From: Podarcis tiliguerta
Lineage: Eukaryota
Strand: one strand, 5' to 3'
Assembly: GCA_965153285.1 (NCBI GenBank)
Contig: OZ229117.1
DNA: 64,000 bases
Part shown: one piece after another, positions 26,401-37,357 of the stretch
Numbering within the stretch: the stretch's first letter is position 1
Layout of the letters: each line of letters starts with the position of its first letter
Notes under the pieces: generated by a model
Seen by the model: the letters and a program-made list of their open reading frames with translations, nothing else
Database searches by the model: none
Told to the model about the DNA's origin: nothing
Made by a program: the position numbers and the translations under genes

Positions 26401-29400
26401 TGATTTGTATGGGACCTCATCTGTTGAAGCACCTGAGATTGTGCAATGGTGTTGATGCTTTTGCATAAACAACTATGTCAGTAAGACCCTAGTGGGTCAG
26501 CTTGACCTGCTTTGATGAAACAGGGTAGCCAATATAATGCCCTCCTGATGTTGGACTCCAACTCCTGTTGGCCCCAACTAGAAGGCTAGTGCTTAAAGAT
26601 GACAGGAGTTGTAGTCCATCAACATCTGAAGGGCACCCCATTAGCTACCCCCAGCCTTCGGGAAGCTGTTTATAACACTGAACCACCCCAGGTGGGGAAT
26701 GTCATTGTGAACTCCTGGTCTTGAAAAGAGCATTCTGTCCTGGAACATACACGGCAGTCATTGCTTAGTAGTAAAGATGCACTTGAACTCTGACACTTGT
26801 TCCAGCATATCGGTTTGCTTATGCTACATCTATACCTGAGGCCCTCCTTTGAGTGCCACCACCATGAGAGATCCAGAGGGTGTTAACAGGAGAAAGGGCC
26901 TTTTCTGCGGTGCCTTTCTGCTTGTGGGATGCTCTCCCCAGGGAAGCTCGCCTGGCACCATCATAACATATATTTAAACACCAAGCAAAACCTTTCCTCT
27001 GTAACCAGCCTTTTGGCCCTTAACTATCAGTGGACTTTTAGAATTGGGCAGGATGTTTTCTATGTCTGTCCTCCCCACTGGTTTTAATATATTTAGTATA
27101 TTGATGTGGGGTGGTTTTTTTTGGTTGGTTGGTTGTAAGTCGCTTTGGTTTGCATTGGGCAAGATAAAGCAACTGTCACATTTAAGATCATGATGGTGGT
27201 GATGATGATGATACAAGAGTGATACTTAGCCTTCCCTGTGGACTTCAGATGGGTAACAGCTGAATGGTAGAAAATAACATTAGGATGCTTCTGTGTGCTC
27301 AACAGGTGGACATGTTGAGTGAGATTAATATTGCTCCACGGATACTCACCAATTTCACTGGAGTGATGCCACCTCAGTTCAAGAAAGATTTGGATTCCTA
27401 CCTCAAAACCCGTTCTCCAGTCACGTTCCTGTCCGACTTGCGCAGCAACTTGCAGGTGAGGGGCTTACTCAAAAATCAGATTGAGGAAGAGGTCTGGGAG
27501 TGGAGGTTAGCATGCAGTCCTTTGTCTGCTGTGTCTTTTGTTCCAAAACAGGCTTTTAGGTCCTCTGTCTAAAGCAGGGCTCATCAACCTTATTTGGGGC
27601 TGTGGGCAGTTTTGGAATTGTGAGAGTCTCGTTCTTTTACTCCTCCCCAAACAGAAATTTTCTTTGCTTTTCTGTGGGGGGGTGGGTGCATTTGGGTAAA
27701 AATGAGATCCAATAGACTTAAAACGGATCTTCTTGAATTTGCACGGTTTTACATGGAGTTCCTTAAAAACAACTATCAGATTGAGGCTTACAGTGGTGGA
27801 CCCACAGTAAAAATCGTAGATCTGGTGCTTGCCAGATGCATAGTTTAGTCATCAAAGAGAGGAAAGATCCCAGTTCAGCCCTGAACCCACTGCAGAATGT
27901 GTCATACATTAAAGAGACATAAATTAGGAAAAGATCAGTTTTACCTGGCCCAGATAATGCATCCTGATGGAGCTGTGGGTCTCTGTTTAGCAATTTTTTA
28001 CTATATTGTAATGCGTGTATCTTTTAAAAACTAGTACCTAGTTGGGGATGGATTGTGCAGCAGCAGTGATAGAGGAGATAAGAGAAGCCTGCCTGCTGCT
28101 AAAGCTAATGGCTTTGGCAGACCTTTTAGTGAGTTATACTCTGCAGTTTAAACATTCGTAATCACATAATATATTTTCTTCACGGCTCTTTGTCTCGGAG
28201 GTCCAAGGCAGTGATTTTGCCTCTTTTATGTTCACCCCACTAGGTATCAAATGAGCCTGGCAATCGCTACAATATCCAGCTGATAAATGCCCTGGTGCTG
28301 TATGTTGGTACTCAAGCTATTGCACATATTCACAACAAAGGCAGCACTCCTTCCATGAGCACCATCACCCACTCGGCTCACATGGATATCTTCCAGAATC
28401 TTGCTGTTGACCTGGACACAGAAGGTAAAAAAGGAAGCTTGATAGTACTTCAAATCAGCTAGCCTAATGTTAAATCAGATGCAAGAGGTTTATCTCTAGG
28501 TCTTTGGCTATGGGGGAAAAAGAGCCTGGGAAATCAACCTGGTGAGGTCAGACATAAATACTGTATAATTGATAATGTGCTAGCCTTACAATTAATACTG
28601 GGCTTCAGAGGCTAGCTGATAATTGCAGGTATTGGTGTTCTATGACAGAATCAATCCTGTATCTCACCATTTAGCCCACATGGATAATACTTTCCTTTAA
28701 TTTGACCAGATTGTACCCTAAAATATTGTTAGATTTTAGAAATTTTGTTTAAAATATTCCACAACTAATATATAGAAAGTGTTTATTTAGTTCCATCTAA
28801 GTGGTGGGGAACTTCTAGCCCAAGGGCCAAATGTGGTCCTCCAGACCTCATCACTCCCCACCCCCAGCCTAGGCCATGACCCACTCTCCTTGGTTGAGTT
28901 TGCCAGCTTGGAATGTGTCCTTGAACTGTGATGATGCCTCTCGCTTGGCTGCATGGAGAACAGAGTTAATTGTATGTATCTGTAGAAACCGGTTACTTTT
29001 ACATAGCTGGAATGCAGCTTAATGTCAAATCAGTTGCTTTTGCTTTTGATCCCACCCCTGGCATGTAGCCTCCGGGCTGCAAAATGCAAAATGGCCTGCC
29101 CCTTGTGTAAGCCAACAGGTTTATGAAAATGAATTACAAACTAGGATAAACTTTGAGAAGTGAGCCTGGGAAATTCATGTCAACTGGTGGCAGCACCCAT
29201 TTAATTAACCTTCCCGGCTTTCGGACATAACTCTTGGAACTAACAAATTAGCCAGGCAAGGACTGTTGATTTCCTTTGTGTTTAAGAGGATCTAACTATT
29301 TACCTTTTTTGTATTCCAGGTCGGTATCTCTTCCTAAATGCAATTGCCAATCAGTTACGGTACCCAAACAGTCATACTCACTATTTCAGCTGCACCATGC

Positions 29401-30371
29401 TTTACCTATTTGCAGAGGCCAACACTGAAGCTATTCAAGAACAAATCACCAGGTAAGAGATCTAAGGAGTCTAAAACAATCCCTACATTGCCTAGTTCTC
29501 ACAAAAGAGCCAATGAGGAACTGGGGAGAAGCTTCAGGAGCTAACACCTAGTTGGTCCACTGCTATATGAAGCTGTCCTGCCCAGCAACCAGGAAGATAG
29601 TGGCTTGTCCCCGTTGCAGCAGTAGCAAGTCACTGCTGGCAATGTAACAAACACTCTAAGCTTTGCCCCTCTTATCCACATGTAGAGTATGACTAGAGAG
29701 TGTTGATTAGAGGGTTCACATGGTTTGAAAGGCAGCTGTTGAGGTGGTTGCAGATTCCATATAAGGATCCTTTTCTGGATGGAGGAGCATTCATCCCCAC
29801 AAATCTGCAGCCAGAGTCTGCAGTGGTGAAGCCTAGAATCAGGTTTCCCACTCTCACATTATATTGAGAAGTAAAGTCTTCCACATTCTGAAAGCAGCAT
29901 AGTGCTAATTAATGTTGCCAGACGCAATCCCGTGAGGGTACCTATTCTCAGCGGGACCTTGATATTCCTGCATCATGTCTTTCATACTGGCACGCGGTGT
30001 GACTTTCCCCATGTCTTAATCTGTTTCTCTTTTACAGAGTTCTGCTAGAACGACTGATTGTAAATAGGCCTCACCCATGGGGTCTCCTTATTACCTTCAT
30101 CGAGCTGATTAAAAACCCAGCATTTAAGTTCTGGAATCACGAGTTTGTCCATTGTGCTCCAGAAATTGAAAAGTGAGTAATTTTAAACAGTTAGTTGTTC
30201 AGTGTATTTGGGGGACTCAGTCCTAGGAACTCTGGTACTTGCAGAGGAGAGGAAGTTGTGTCTTGAAATAAAGTTTATTCTCCTTGTTGTAGGTTGTTCC
30301 AGTCTGTTGCGCAATGTTGTATGGGGCAAAAACAGGCACAACAAGTAATGGAAGGAACTGGAGCTAGTTAA
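442..30371 (+). CDS. CNOT1: CCR4-NOT transcription complex subunit 1, 5'-partial multi-exon gene (32 coding exons in window)
   Basis: Exons join in one frame, 5001 nt = 1666 aa + TAA, with AG/GT borders and one GC donor. Peptides match CNOT1 ([56 protein letters not shown]-terminal VMEGTGAS*). Confidence 0.98.
922..1065 (+). CDS. CNOT1: CNOT1 exon ([10 protein letters not shown]...TFQQSKMKP); alternative acceptor 925, alternative donor after 1050
   Basis: cag|TAG NAGNAG acceptor; donors A|gtaaga (1050) and T|gtaagt (1065). Confidence 0.92.
3227..3494. mobile_element. Non-autonomous element with about 41-bp terminal inverted repeats (DIRS-type termini suspected)
   Basis: GGTTGCTTATCTGTAACTGTAGATCTTTGAGTGGTC... 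is mirrored by ...GACCGCTCAAAGAACTACAGTGACAGGAAAGCAACC. Confidence 0.55.
3668..3792 (+). CDS. CNOT1: CNOT1 exon ([13 protein letters not shown]...MSVDE)
   Basis: caacag|CT ... GAG|gtgagc. Confidence 0.96.
4605..4891 (+). CDS. CNOT1: CNOT1 exon ([11 protein letters not shown]...DRFKNR)
   Basis: ttacag|GTG ... AG|gtgagt. Confidence 0.97.
6570..6800 (+). mobile_element. CR1-type LINE/SINE 3' end fragment
   Basis: ...GACTAGATGAGCCTTTGTCCTAATTCAGCAGGCTCTTCTTGTGTCCTT tail typical of reptile CR1 3' ends. Confidence 0.6.
6991..7069 (+). CDS. CNOT1: CNOT1 exon ([11 protein letters not shown]...HHLQE)
   Basis: tgacag|A ... GAG|gtgagt. Confidence 0.95.
8176..8406 (+). CDS. CNOT1: CNOT1 exon ([12 protein letters not shown]...FKKDVP)
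   Basis: ttatag|TAC ... CCA|gtaagt. Confidence 0.95.
9070..9210 (+). CDS. CNOT1: CNOT1 exon ([12 protein letters not shown]...SNMTQK), GC donor
   Basis: ctgcag|CCT ... AAG|gcaagt. Confidence 0.93.
9790..9860 (+). mobile_element. L2-type 3' tail fragment
   Basis: TGTAAGCCACCCAGAGTAGCTGGGGAAACCCAGCCAGATGGGTGGGATATAAATAATAA. Confidence 0.5.
10183..10362 (+). CDS. CNOT1: CNOT1 exon (VEELKETV...TYRNIK)
   Basis: agccag|GTT ... AAG|gtgagt. Confidence 0.95.
11139..11255 (+). CDS. CNOT1: CNOT1 exon ([12 protein letters not shown]...KPILHT)
   Basis: cttcag|GTG ... ACG|gtgaga. Confidence 0.95.
11455..11565 (+). CDS. CNOT1: CNOT1 exon ([12 protein letters not shown]...SSVRSV)
   Basis: ttttag|GAC ... 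GTG|gtaagt. Confidence 0.95.
12030..12107 (+). CDS. CNOT1: CNOT1 exon ([26 protein letters not shown])
   Basis: ttgtag|GTT ... AAA|gtaagt. Confidence 0.95.
12390..12567 (+). CDS. CNOT1: CNOT1 exon ([14 protein letters not shown]...PPITTT)
   Basis: gtacag|CTG ... A|gtaagt. Confidence 0.95.
13044..13174 (+). CDS. CNOT1: CNOT1 exon (ASTTPATST...HITLNPT)
   Basis: tctcag|CT ... ACG|gtaagc. Confidence 0.94.
13300..13596 (+). CDS. CNOT1: CNOT1 exon (IPLFQAHPQ...SFATALR; DUF3819/CNOT9-binding region)
   Basis: tctcag|ATT ... CGG|gtatgt. Confidence 0.96.
14921..15061 (+). CDS. CNOT1: CNOT1 exon ([10 protein letters not shown]...DKRLAT)
   Basis: aaatag|GCA ... ACT|gtaagt. Confidence 0.94.
15144..15248 (+). 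CDS. CNOT1: CNOT1 exon ([12 protein letters not shown]...EQIRLK)
   Basis: ttccag|GAA ... AAG|gtgcga. Confidence 0.95.
15352..15471 (+). CDS. CNOT1: CNOT1 exon (VGGVDPKQL...AQPMK)
   Basis: tttaag|GTT ... AAG|gtagaa. Confidence 0.94.
15967..16158 (+). CDS. CNOT1: CNOT1 exon ([12 protein letters not shown]...LGLLQK)
   Basis: aatcag|CAA ... AAG|gtttgt. Confidence 0.94.
16733..16875 (+). CDS. CNOT1: CNOT1 exon ([11 protein letters not shown]...WCNKQIT)
   Basis: ctacag|GCA ... AG|gtcagt. Confidence 0.95.
17724..17832 (+). CDS. CNOT1: CNOT1 exon ([11 protein letters not shown]...DLHLAQ)
   Basis: ttccag|G ... CAG|gtgaga. Confidence 0.95.
17923..18092 (+). CDS. CNOT1: CNOT1 exon ([11 protein letters not shown]...RGNAPE)
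   Basis: tgacag|TCA ... GG|gtaatg. Confidence 0.95.
18146..18196. repeat. (GAT)n microsatellite
   Basis: Run of GAT trinucleotides seen directly. Confidence 0.9.
19388..19619 (+). CDS. CNOT1: CNOT1 exon ([12 protein letters not shown]...AFVGQ); alternative donor after 19640 adds VELGERK
   Basis: tcatag|G ... CAG|gtagag; second donor AAG|gtgctt. Confidence 0.94.
22073..22321 (+). CDS. CNOT1: CNOT1 exon ([11 protein letters not shown]...NLLNK)
   Basis: ttacag|ATG ... AAG|gttggg. Confidence 0.96.
22878..23041 (+). CDS. CNOT1: CNOT1 exon ([14 protein letters not shown]...QTLTAF)
   Basis: ctctag|GTT ... TG|gtaggt. Confidence 0.95.
23185..23438 (+). mobile_element. L2-type LINE 3' end with (TTA)n tail
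   Basis: TGTAAGCCGCTCTGAGCC...GGGAGGGCGGGGTATAAAT followed by about ten TTA repeats. Confidence 0.6.
24274..24391 (+). CDS. CNOT1: CNOT1 exon ([14 protein letters not shown]...TPQQK)
   Basis: tttcag|T ... AAG|gtgtgg. Confidence 0.95.
25841..25942 (+). CDS. CNOT1: CNOT1 exon ([13 protein letters not shown]...QILYK)
   Basis: ttccag|GGG ... AAG|gtaagt. Confidence 0.96.
26212..26385 (+). CDS. CNOT1: CNOT1 exon ([16 protein letters not shown]...FTPNLK)
   Basis: ttgtag|GGT ... AAG|gtaatg. Confidence 0.96.
26520..26650. mobile_element. Short palindromic hAT-type MITE
   Basis: Member of the ...GGACTCCAACTCC.../...GGAGTTGTAGTCC... family repeated across the window. Confidence 0.6.
26830..27185 (+). 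mobile_element. Degraded L2 LINE 3' end (ORF2 C-terminus plus 3'UTR)
   Basis: Reads roughly [23 protein letters not shown]...KQNLS, similar to the L2 ORF2 end (RAFSVxAPxLWNxLP). Confidence 0.6.
27306..27455 (+). CDS. CNOT1: CNOT1 exon ([14 protein letters not shown]...RSNLQ)
   Basis: caacag|GTG ... CAG|gtgagg. Confidence 0.96.
28244..28424 (+). CDS. CNOT1: CNOT1 exon ([13 protein letters not shown]...VDLDTE)
   Basis: cactag|GTA ... G|gtaaaa. Confidence 0.95.
29320..29452 (+). CDS. CNOT1: CNOT1 exon ([16 protein letters not shown]...QEQIT)
   Basis: ttccag|GT ... AG|gtaaga. Confidence 0.96.
30038..30172 (+). CDS. CNOT1: CNOT1 exon ([15 protein letters not shown]...CAPEIE)
   Basis: ttacag|A ... 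AA|gtgagt. Confidence 0.96.
30293..30371 (+). CDS. CNOT1: CNOT1 last coding exon ([25 protein letters not shown])
   Basis: ttgtag|G; TAA at 30369-30371. Confidence 0.96.
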
Positions 30372-31344
30372 AGAAAGCAACCACCCTGGAAATTGTGCCA
30401 GCCTGGAGATCTCCATCCCATCAAGCTGACAGAATAATGTGTGTGGGTCTAGCCAGACCTTGGAGGCTGCCTCTCCCTCCCCCATGTTGGGCTTACATCA
30501 CAGATCTTTGTGTGAGAAATCTCCTCCTCTGTGGGCATGTTCCAAAGTTTTAAAAACAAAAAGTTTTGACTCTTGGCCAAAATTCAGAAGATGCTGTGAA
30601 TATAATTTCAAACTATTGTAAATACACAGAACAGAAATATTTGTCTGAACTTTGGGTTTGTGCGAATTGTGTTTCAAGAGAGGCACATACTGTGTGCCTG
30701 ACCAGCCTGTAATAGAAGTGGTGGCTGCTGATGCCAAGTGTTTTGTCTGGGGCAGATCTGCTCTCCTGACATTCCCAGACTCCCAAAGAATATGGAAAAG
30801 CCAGTTTAAATATTATGTAACTTATTTTTCTTGTGGGTGGGAGACCTGTAAATCACAAAGTTGTCAAAGAGGGGGGAAATGGATGCATTGGAGCACAGGA
30901 TCCTACAGTATATGGGGGACTGGGTGGGGGAAAGTTAGGATTAGGGTCCAGTATATTGCTTTTCCCAATATCAAATGCTGCCAGCAAGAGGCACGAACGT
31001 TGGAGCGGAGGACTTCCTTTGTTTTGATTGGCAAAGATATACTTTGGGCCCTTTGGGAGAGGGCTGGTGGGTTTAGCAAAGGAAACAAGAGACCAGGCCT
31101 GTAGATTTTCTTTCTTGACACTTGTAAATTTTGGGATGGGGAGGATGTGAATCTGTTAACTGCTCCCCTGTGGCCACAAAGTTTGAGTTTGTAAAAAGAA
31201 CAAAAAGGACCAATACAGCCCATTTTGTAAGGATTTTGAATGTTTTGTAAATGTATTGGTCCACGTGTTGTATTTTGTAGCCTTTCTAGTTCTCTTGGGC
31301 TTTAGTTCTCCCACTTCTTGTATGTATGCATTCTGTAGTTAAAC

Positions 31345-31350
31345 ATTAAA
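31345..31350 (+). terminator. CNOT1: Probable CNOT1 polyadenylation signal (ATTAAA)
   Basis: ATTAAA about 1 kb after the stop, with several TGTA motifs upstream and GT/T-rich sequence downstream. Confidence 0.65.
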
Positions 31351-31927
31351 GTCATGAAAAGCAGCACATGTCCATGTTTTCTCATCATCTGTGACGAATG
31401 TTGTTAATGTTCTTTCACTGCTTATATTTTCAACATAAATCTAATTCCTATCAAGGTGCAGTACATCAAACAATCTAATATATTGCTACTTTAATTAACA
31501 ATGTTTAACTGCTATCTTAAGAGGATAAAAGTGAGGAATCAGTAAAATATAAGCAAGAATCCTATTCTTGCTGATTCCCTGGGCAGTTAAGTGGGCTTCC
31601 AATAAGGGGAGTTAAAAAAAAACAACTTAGGAGCTTTCACTTAGTGCACATGTTCAGGCTTAGAAGATGGTACCTCCAGGTGAGCAACCAAAGGGCCAGA
31701 GCAGGATGTACACTAGGAGGTGGCCCTTCTACCTTCAGATGGCATGAACTAGGGTTCAAAATGAATAGTCCTGGTGGTGCAGTCACCATCGAGGATTTAC
31801 CGGGGGAGAGAATACTCTGTAAATAGAACTGTCCAGTACACCATTTGACCCCATTCATTCTTAACTCATCAAAGTGTCCATTAAAGTGGCAATAACACAG
31901 GTTTCTCACTTATCAATACAAATACAT

Positions 31928-31933
31928 TTTATT
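31928..31933 (-). terminator. SETD6: Probable SETD6 polyadenylation signal (AATAAA)
   Basis: TTTATT on the + strand about 700 nt past the SETD6 stop. Confidence 0.55.
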
Positions 31934-32635
31934 GTTTAAAAACTCCAAGCCTAGTCTTAAACTATACATCTGTGCAGCTCATCTGGCCAGAGGTGGGATG
32001 GGAAGACAGTTGGAAAAAGTAAAAGATGCTACAAAGGCATTCAAAATGTAAAATATAATAATAATAGACTTAACAATGAGAATGTTTTTAGGAACATTTT
32101 GTCAACTTCAAAGAAGCATGAACATTCCCAGGGATGAGGAAGAGCATCTAGACAGTAAGCAAGTGAAACATGTTAATCTTTGTTCAGCAGCGCAAACATC
32201 TGCACCTAGAGTGCTAGATCTGATCACAGTCCTTTGGGAGAGGGGGACATCCCATATGACTAATGCCATATTTACTGGGTCTCACAGGTGTTGTAAACTT
32301 GGCCATCTTACCAGCTGATTTAATGTACAGGGGGACCTAAGAGGTGGGGAAACTGGCTTTCCAGGTGTCCTTTGACTCCAACTTCCATTAGTCTCAGCTG
32401 GCATGGCCTGGCCCATAATGGTCAGGGATGATTGGAGTTGTCCAAACGCATCTACAGAAACACAGATTCCCCAGCTGTGTCAATTCTGTGCTGTGTAAAT
32501 TGGTAGCTTTGCTACCTGTGGATGTAATTGATACTCACAGAAACACATTTTTATATAAAAATAAATGCCTCTGCCTTTATAGAAACCTTTAGCTAAGCTT
32601 CCCCGGCCAACAGCACTTGCCTTCCTCAGCTGCAG

Positions 32636-32953
32636 CTAGCTTGCTAGCTCCAGCAACTGGTGCAAAATCATCTTCTGGCCATAGCGCACTTGCAGGGCAA
32701 ACTTCTCCCGGCGGCTTAGTTTTGAATAAGCTTCAGGGTCTCTGAGCATTTCTTCCTCTGCTTTTAAGTCTGAGCTGTATGACTTCAGGGTTAGCAGTGT
32801 AGCATCAAAGAGCAGCTTCTTCCAGGAGGCTTCAAGTCTTGGTATTGTAGTATTTGAGAGCATCAGAAACATAGCACCGTCCTCGCCTGCTTTGGGTTCC
32901 TGGCTCTCTTGCTCCTTAAACTCCTTGAACTCATCTGCAGACATAGTCAGCAC
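32636..32953 (-). CDS. SETD6: SETD6 last coding exon ([14 protein letters not shown]...LLELAS*)
   Basis: ctgtag|GTG; TAG stop at 32636-32638. Confidence 0.94.
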   Translation of the reverse strand: MLTMSADEFKEFKEQESQEPKAGEDGAMFLMLSNTTIPRLEASWKKLLFDATLLTLKSYSSDLKAEEEMLRDPEAYSKLSRREKFALQVRYGQKMILHQLLELAS

Positions 32954-35900
32954 CTACAGCCACAAAGAACTGGGATTATTGAGAGCTACCTTCTTGGGCT
33001 CTTAAGTAACTTCAAGGCATCAACTGCTCCACACATGTTGGTAAACATTCTCCAAAAGGGATCCTGCTGTTGCCTCTCAGGATTTAAAACTATGGACCTT
33101 CCCCTCTCCCAAGTTAAGTTACATTCTGGAAGAGATTCATAATATAATGAAGTAAATTTGTGAGAGCATCTTGCAAAACATTAAAATTAGATGGATACGA
33201 TGTTTACATAATTGGGGGGGGGGGACACTTGCTAGCTTCCATAGGCAGAATTTGGAGGAACAGCAGACACAAGTCGTTCAAAATGTTTTGAAATTAAGTT
33301 TTCCTTGAGACAACTGGAACAGGCAGCAAGAAATATAAATGTGTATAAAGGCACACAGCATTTAATCCATGTATGTAACTTGGGTTAGTGATTATGTTCA
33401 AAGCAAAAGAAACTACAGTGGTACCTTGGTACTTGAATGGCTTGGTTCCCAAACAAATCGGCTCCCAGACGCCGCAAACCCAGAAGGAAGTGTTCCCGTT
33501 TGCAAACATTTTTCGGAAACCAAACATCCGACACAGCTTCCGCTTGAGTGCAGGAAGCTCCTGCATCCAATCGGAAGCTGTGCCTTGTTTTCGAATGGTT
33601 TTGGGAGTGGAACTGACTCCTGGACTGGATTGAGTTTGAGAACCAAAGCACCACTGTATATATTAGTACTAAAACTGTCCTTTGACAAGCACCTGCAGGC
33701 AATTTGGCAGACTACTTAGAGCTCAAGGTCGGTGAGGCTGTTGGCCCCCAAAAGCCACATAGAAAGAAGTCCCAAGGGATGGAAGCAGAATCTCTCGGGC
33801 CACATTTCTCCCTTTCCTGGGAACAATGACAGCACCACAGAAGATACGTCATTGCCACACAGCATAAAAAGTTCAGACCTGCCCCATTCATTCTGCTACA
33901 GAATATACTGCTGATTACGCGGGGAAGGGGTGGTTGCATAAAGAGAGAACGCGGTGGAAGCTGCCTGGGACTTCAGCAGAAAGCAACAACTTAAAGAGTC
34001 TCAGTGGAAGAATTGGCACGCCATGTAGAAGAACTTGTGAGAGCTGGAATGAAGGCTGCTTCCTACTTTTCTAAATCCTGTCCATTAAAATAGCAGTAGC
34101 AGGCCAAGAGTACATGTGCACATCTTCACCCTGGTACAGCAAGTGAGCCAGTCCCTGGAGAAAAGAGAAGCACACTTCAGTGTGCCTCCAGTGGAGACAA
34201 GCCCTGGAAAGACTTCAAAATGACCAGTGCATTGTGGGAGGCATGTTTTTGTGCTGCCTCCAGCAAAAAAGAAAGCACAGCTGCCCCCTCCCTTGCAATC
34301 TATAGACTGACAGAGGAATTTGCTCCTTACCCAGCCAGCTAAGACTGAAGCACTCTTCTCCTATTCTGGGGCTGCAATGCCCAGGTGCCAAAGTGGCATA
34401 AGCAAGCCCCTAAGCAACCTCAAGCCTCCCTGCCTGCTACTGGAAGAAGCCTTCACAAGTCACACCTCCACTGATCAACAGAGAGGAGTTGTCCTCCCTC
34501 CATCTAAACTGAAAGAATCTTCTGATTAAGTCCAACATGCCACCCCTGTAAAGTAAAACTCTGTCAACTACTTAAGTAATCCTAGCAAGCGTGTACAGGA
34601 GTATAATGGCCTCCCAGGAGTCTAATGGTGCAGCAACCAGCCAGAACCCTTACCTTCAACGCCATGGCCAGCTCTTCTTCAGTTAAGACTCTCTCCCAGC
34701 CGATCACAAAAGCCCCTTCCTCACCCACCATCTCCATCTGGCAGAGGAAGTCCCACTGCTCCAAGACCAGCTGCCGTTGAGCTTCTGTCTTTGTAGCTGG
34801 TGGAGGGAGAGGGAGACAAAAGCAGCAGGTGCAGGTTCAACAGGCAGCAGAGGGAGCATTGGCTGCAGTCAAAAGCAGAAGCACATCATTTCGTCTAATC
34901 CAGTGTAGTGCCGCAGCTAACAGTGCCTGGCAGGGGCCAGAGAGGCCCAGCTTCAAGTCCTCACTCAGTCCCCACAACACAGTTGTGAAGGGGGCAGGGA
35001 GAGGGAGAGTGTGAAAACCTTGAATGCCATCCAGAGCATCATGGAGGAAAGTTCCATGTCTTCATATTATTTTGTTTTAAATTGGCATTATGACCCAGGA
35101 GGCATTATGCAAGATTGGGAAGCAAAGTAATCAAGCTGTTCTGCTCTGGATGCCACCAGCAGCTGCAGAAGTCACATATAAACACCTGTATTTAAATGCA
35201 GCCTCCGCCTACTAAAAACACAGCTGGAAAAAGCAACACAAGGTGACAGACAGATGGATTTTCAGATATCCTCTTACTCTGCTGATTTATGTTTCTTTTT
35301 TAAAAAAGTGTCTCCTGGCCAGCCTCTTGCCTTGCAGTGCTGCTTTGCATAGTGTCAGCATCTGGATGTCAGCAGCATCGTTTGTGTTGCCAGGATATGG
35401 TTCAGCAAAGCCATACATGTGGAGGAGCTGCCAGTTTGCCATCTCCCCGTAAGTGTTGAAGATCTCTTGGCCTTTGCAGATGGACTGAGTTGCAACCATT
35501 TTCAATACCTCCTGCAGACAAAAGAGGGAAGTAAAACTTGACAGATCCTGTCCAGCCCTGAGAATCTCCCAAGAAAAAGTTTTCCTCCGCCCCACTCATC
35601 TCCTGCAGTTTTCTCCACTCCTGCAATGTGTGCAACAGATGAGGAATAACAAAAGGGATGCAGTTGGAGGAGGAAGACAGAAGGTCGAGTAGCAGACGCC
35701 TTCCCTGTTTTTCACTCTTAGGAAGCATTGGCTTACACTCCCAAGCATTCCCCTGAAATACACCAAATTTGCTGTGAATGCTCTTCGGAGACAAGAGAAA
35801 ATTCTGGAGAGGGATGTAAGAAAGCAGAGCCTCCCACCCATCTGCTGCCGAGAAAGGACACTCTGTGGAAAAGCTGCATGAGGGATGGGGGAGCTTTTTA

Positions 35901-37315
35901 GCTCAATGGGCCAAACTGTTCTCTCTCCAACCCCTCTTGGGCCTGGCAACCCCATGGCATCACAGGGGTCTTCAGAAGTCCTTCTCAAAGCTCTATTTCA
36001 TGCAGCACTTTGAAAGAGGCTTTGTAGGCCCTGTCAACCAGCTGATCAGTAGTGCCTGCAAAGTCCCTTTTGGCTGAACAAGGCCTTTACCTGCCCCCTA
36101 TATGCTCCCCAAGGGAGAAGCAATACCCTAAGGAACCACTGAAGGTGATGGGCCTGATAGGTGAGACCCATGCATGCCAAAATACAGCTGCTAGGAAAGT
36201 GATGAAAACAGAATCCAAGCACCAAAAATCAAGGGTGCACCTGAGATCTGAATCAAGGGTGTGCCTTTTTGCCCAAAAACAGACCTGTAAATTTTTTCAT
36301 TAAGATTTTTTGCAGGTTTGATTTCAGGGACTGTGATGACGGGAACAAGAAACAACAACTTATTACTCAAGCAGTCCCTCTCACTCAGCAATCTAGGAAG
36401 GGATTTTCTCAAGTCCAGGAAAAGCAATTGCATGACCTGGTGTCAGTCATGTTGCTGCTGCCCAAAGATTCCTACTGGTACTTGGGAGCTAGAGAAAATG
36501 TACTTGCTTTAGTTTCCTGCATTTCAACAAAGATCAGCTCCCCAAACAGCTTCAATTTAAATTCCACAAGGTACAATGTAAGCCATGCTCTAGGTTCTTC
36601 TCCCCAGAGGGAGGAGAAGAGAACAAAGCTCCAAAGGGGGCAGAGATTCTGTCTACCCAACTCCTACTCTTTCTCCTTTCCTTTTATCCTTGGCTCTCCA
36701 CAACGACATATTTCACTGATTAACCAAACAGGAGAAGCAGCTAAGTTACAATTAGCTGAAGCTATGAGCTAAGCATCCCCATTATGCCGAAGGACACAGA
36801 GAGGGCACACATAGATCTAAACCTTCTTCACCAGTCTTCCAAAGATGATCACAACAAATAATTCCTACTGCGGAATGGAATGACACCTTTGTCATTTTCT
36901 TATGGCAGGAATTCTCAGTTTGCATCACAGTGAGTCTCCCCTGAGCAAGTAATGAACCATCTGAGCTTTCCAGTACTGGGAGTAAACTCTGCACATTCCT
37001 CAAGGCAAAAGGAAGATGGGCAGAGTTGACAGAAGACTCTCCAGGCAAAATTCCCAGCAGGTCAAGCAGCTACAGATGGCATATCCTGCTTTTCCTTATG
37101 GAAGCAGAAACTGCTGCAAGAAGGAATTGTTCCTTTGGCCACTGCAGAGCTGCATCGAGGACGAAGAGTCCTCTGGTCTGAACAAGTCATAACACACATG
37201 ATGGGGACTGTGGCTCAGACATCTCCAGGAAAAAACTACTTGGCCCTTTGGAAATTCACACCCCAGGGAATAGATCTGAAAGACTGGGGAAGGTTGGCAT
37301 ACACACACACACGTA

Positions 37316-37357
<42 letters not shown>

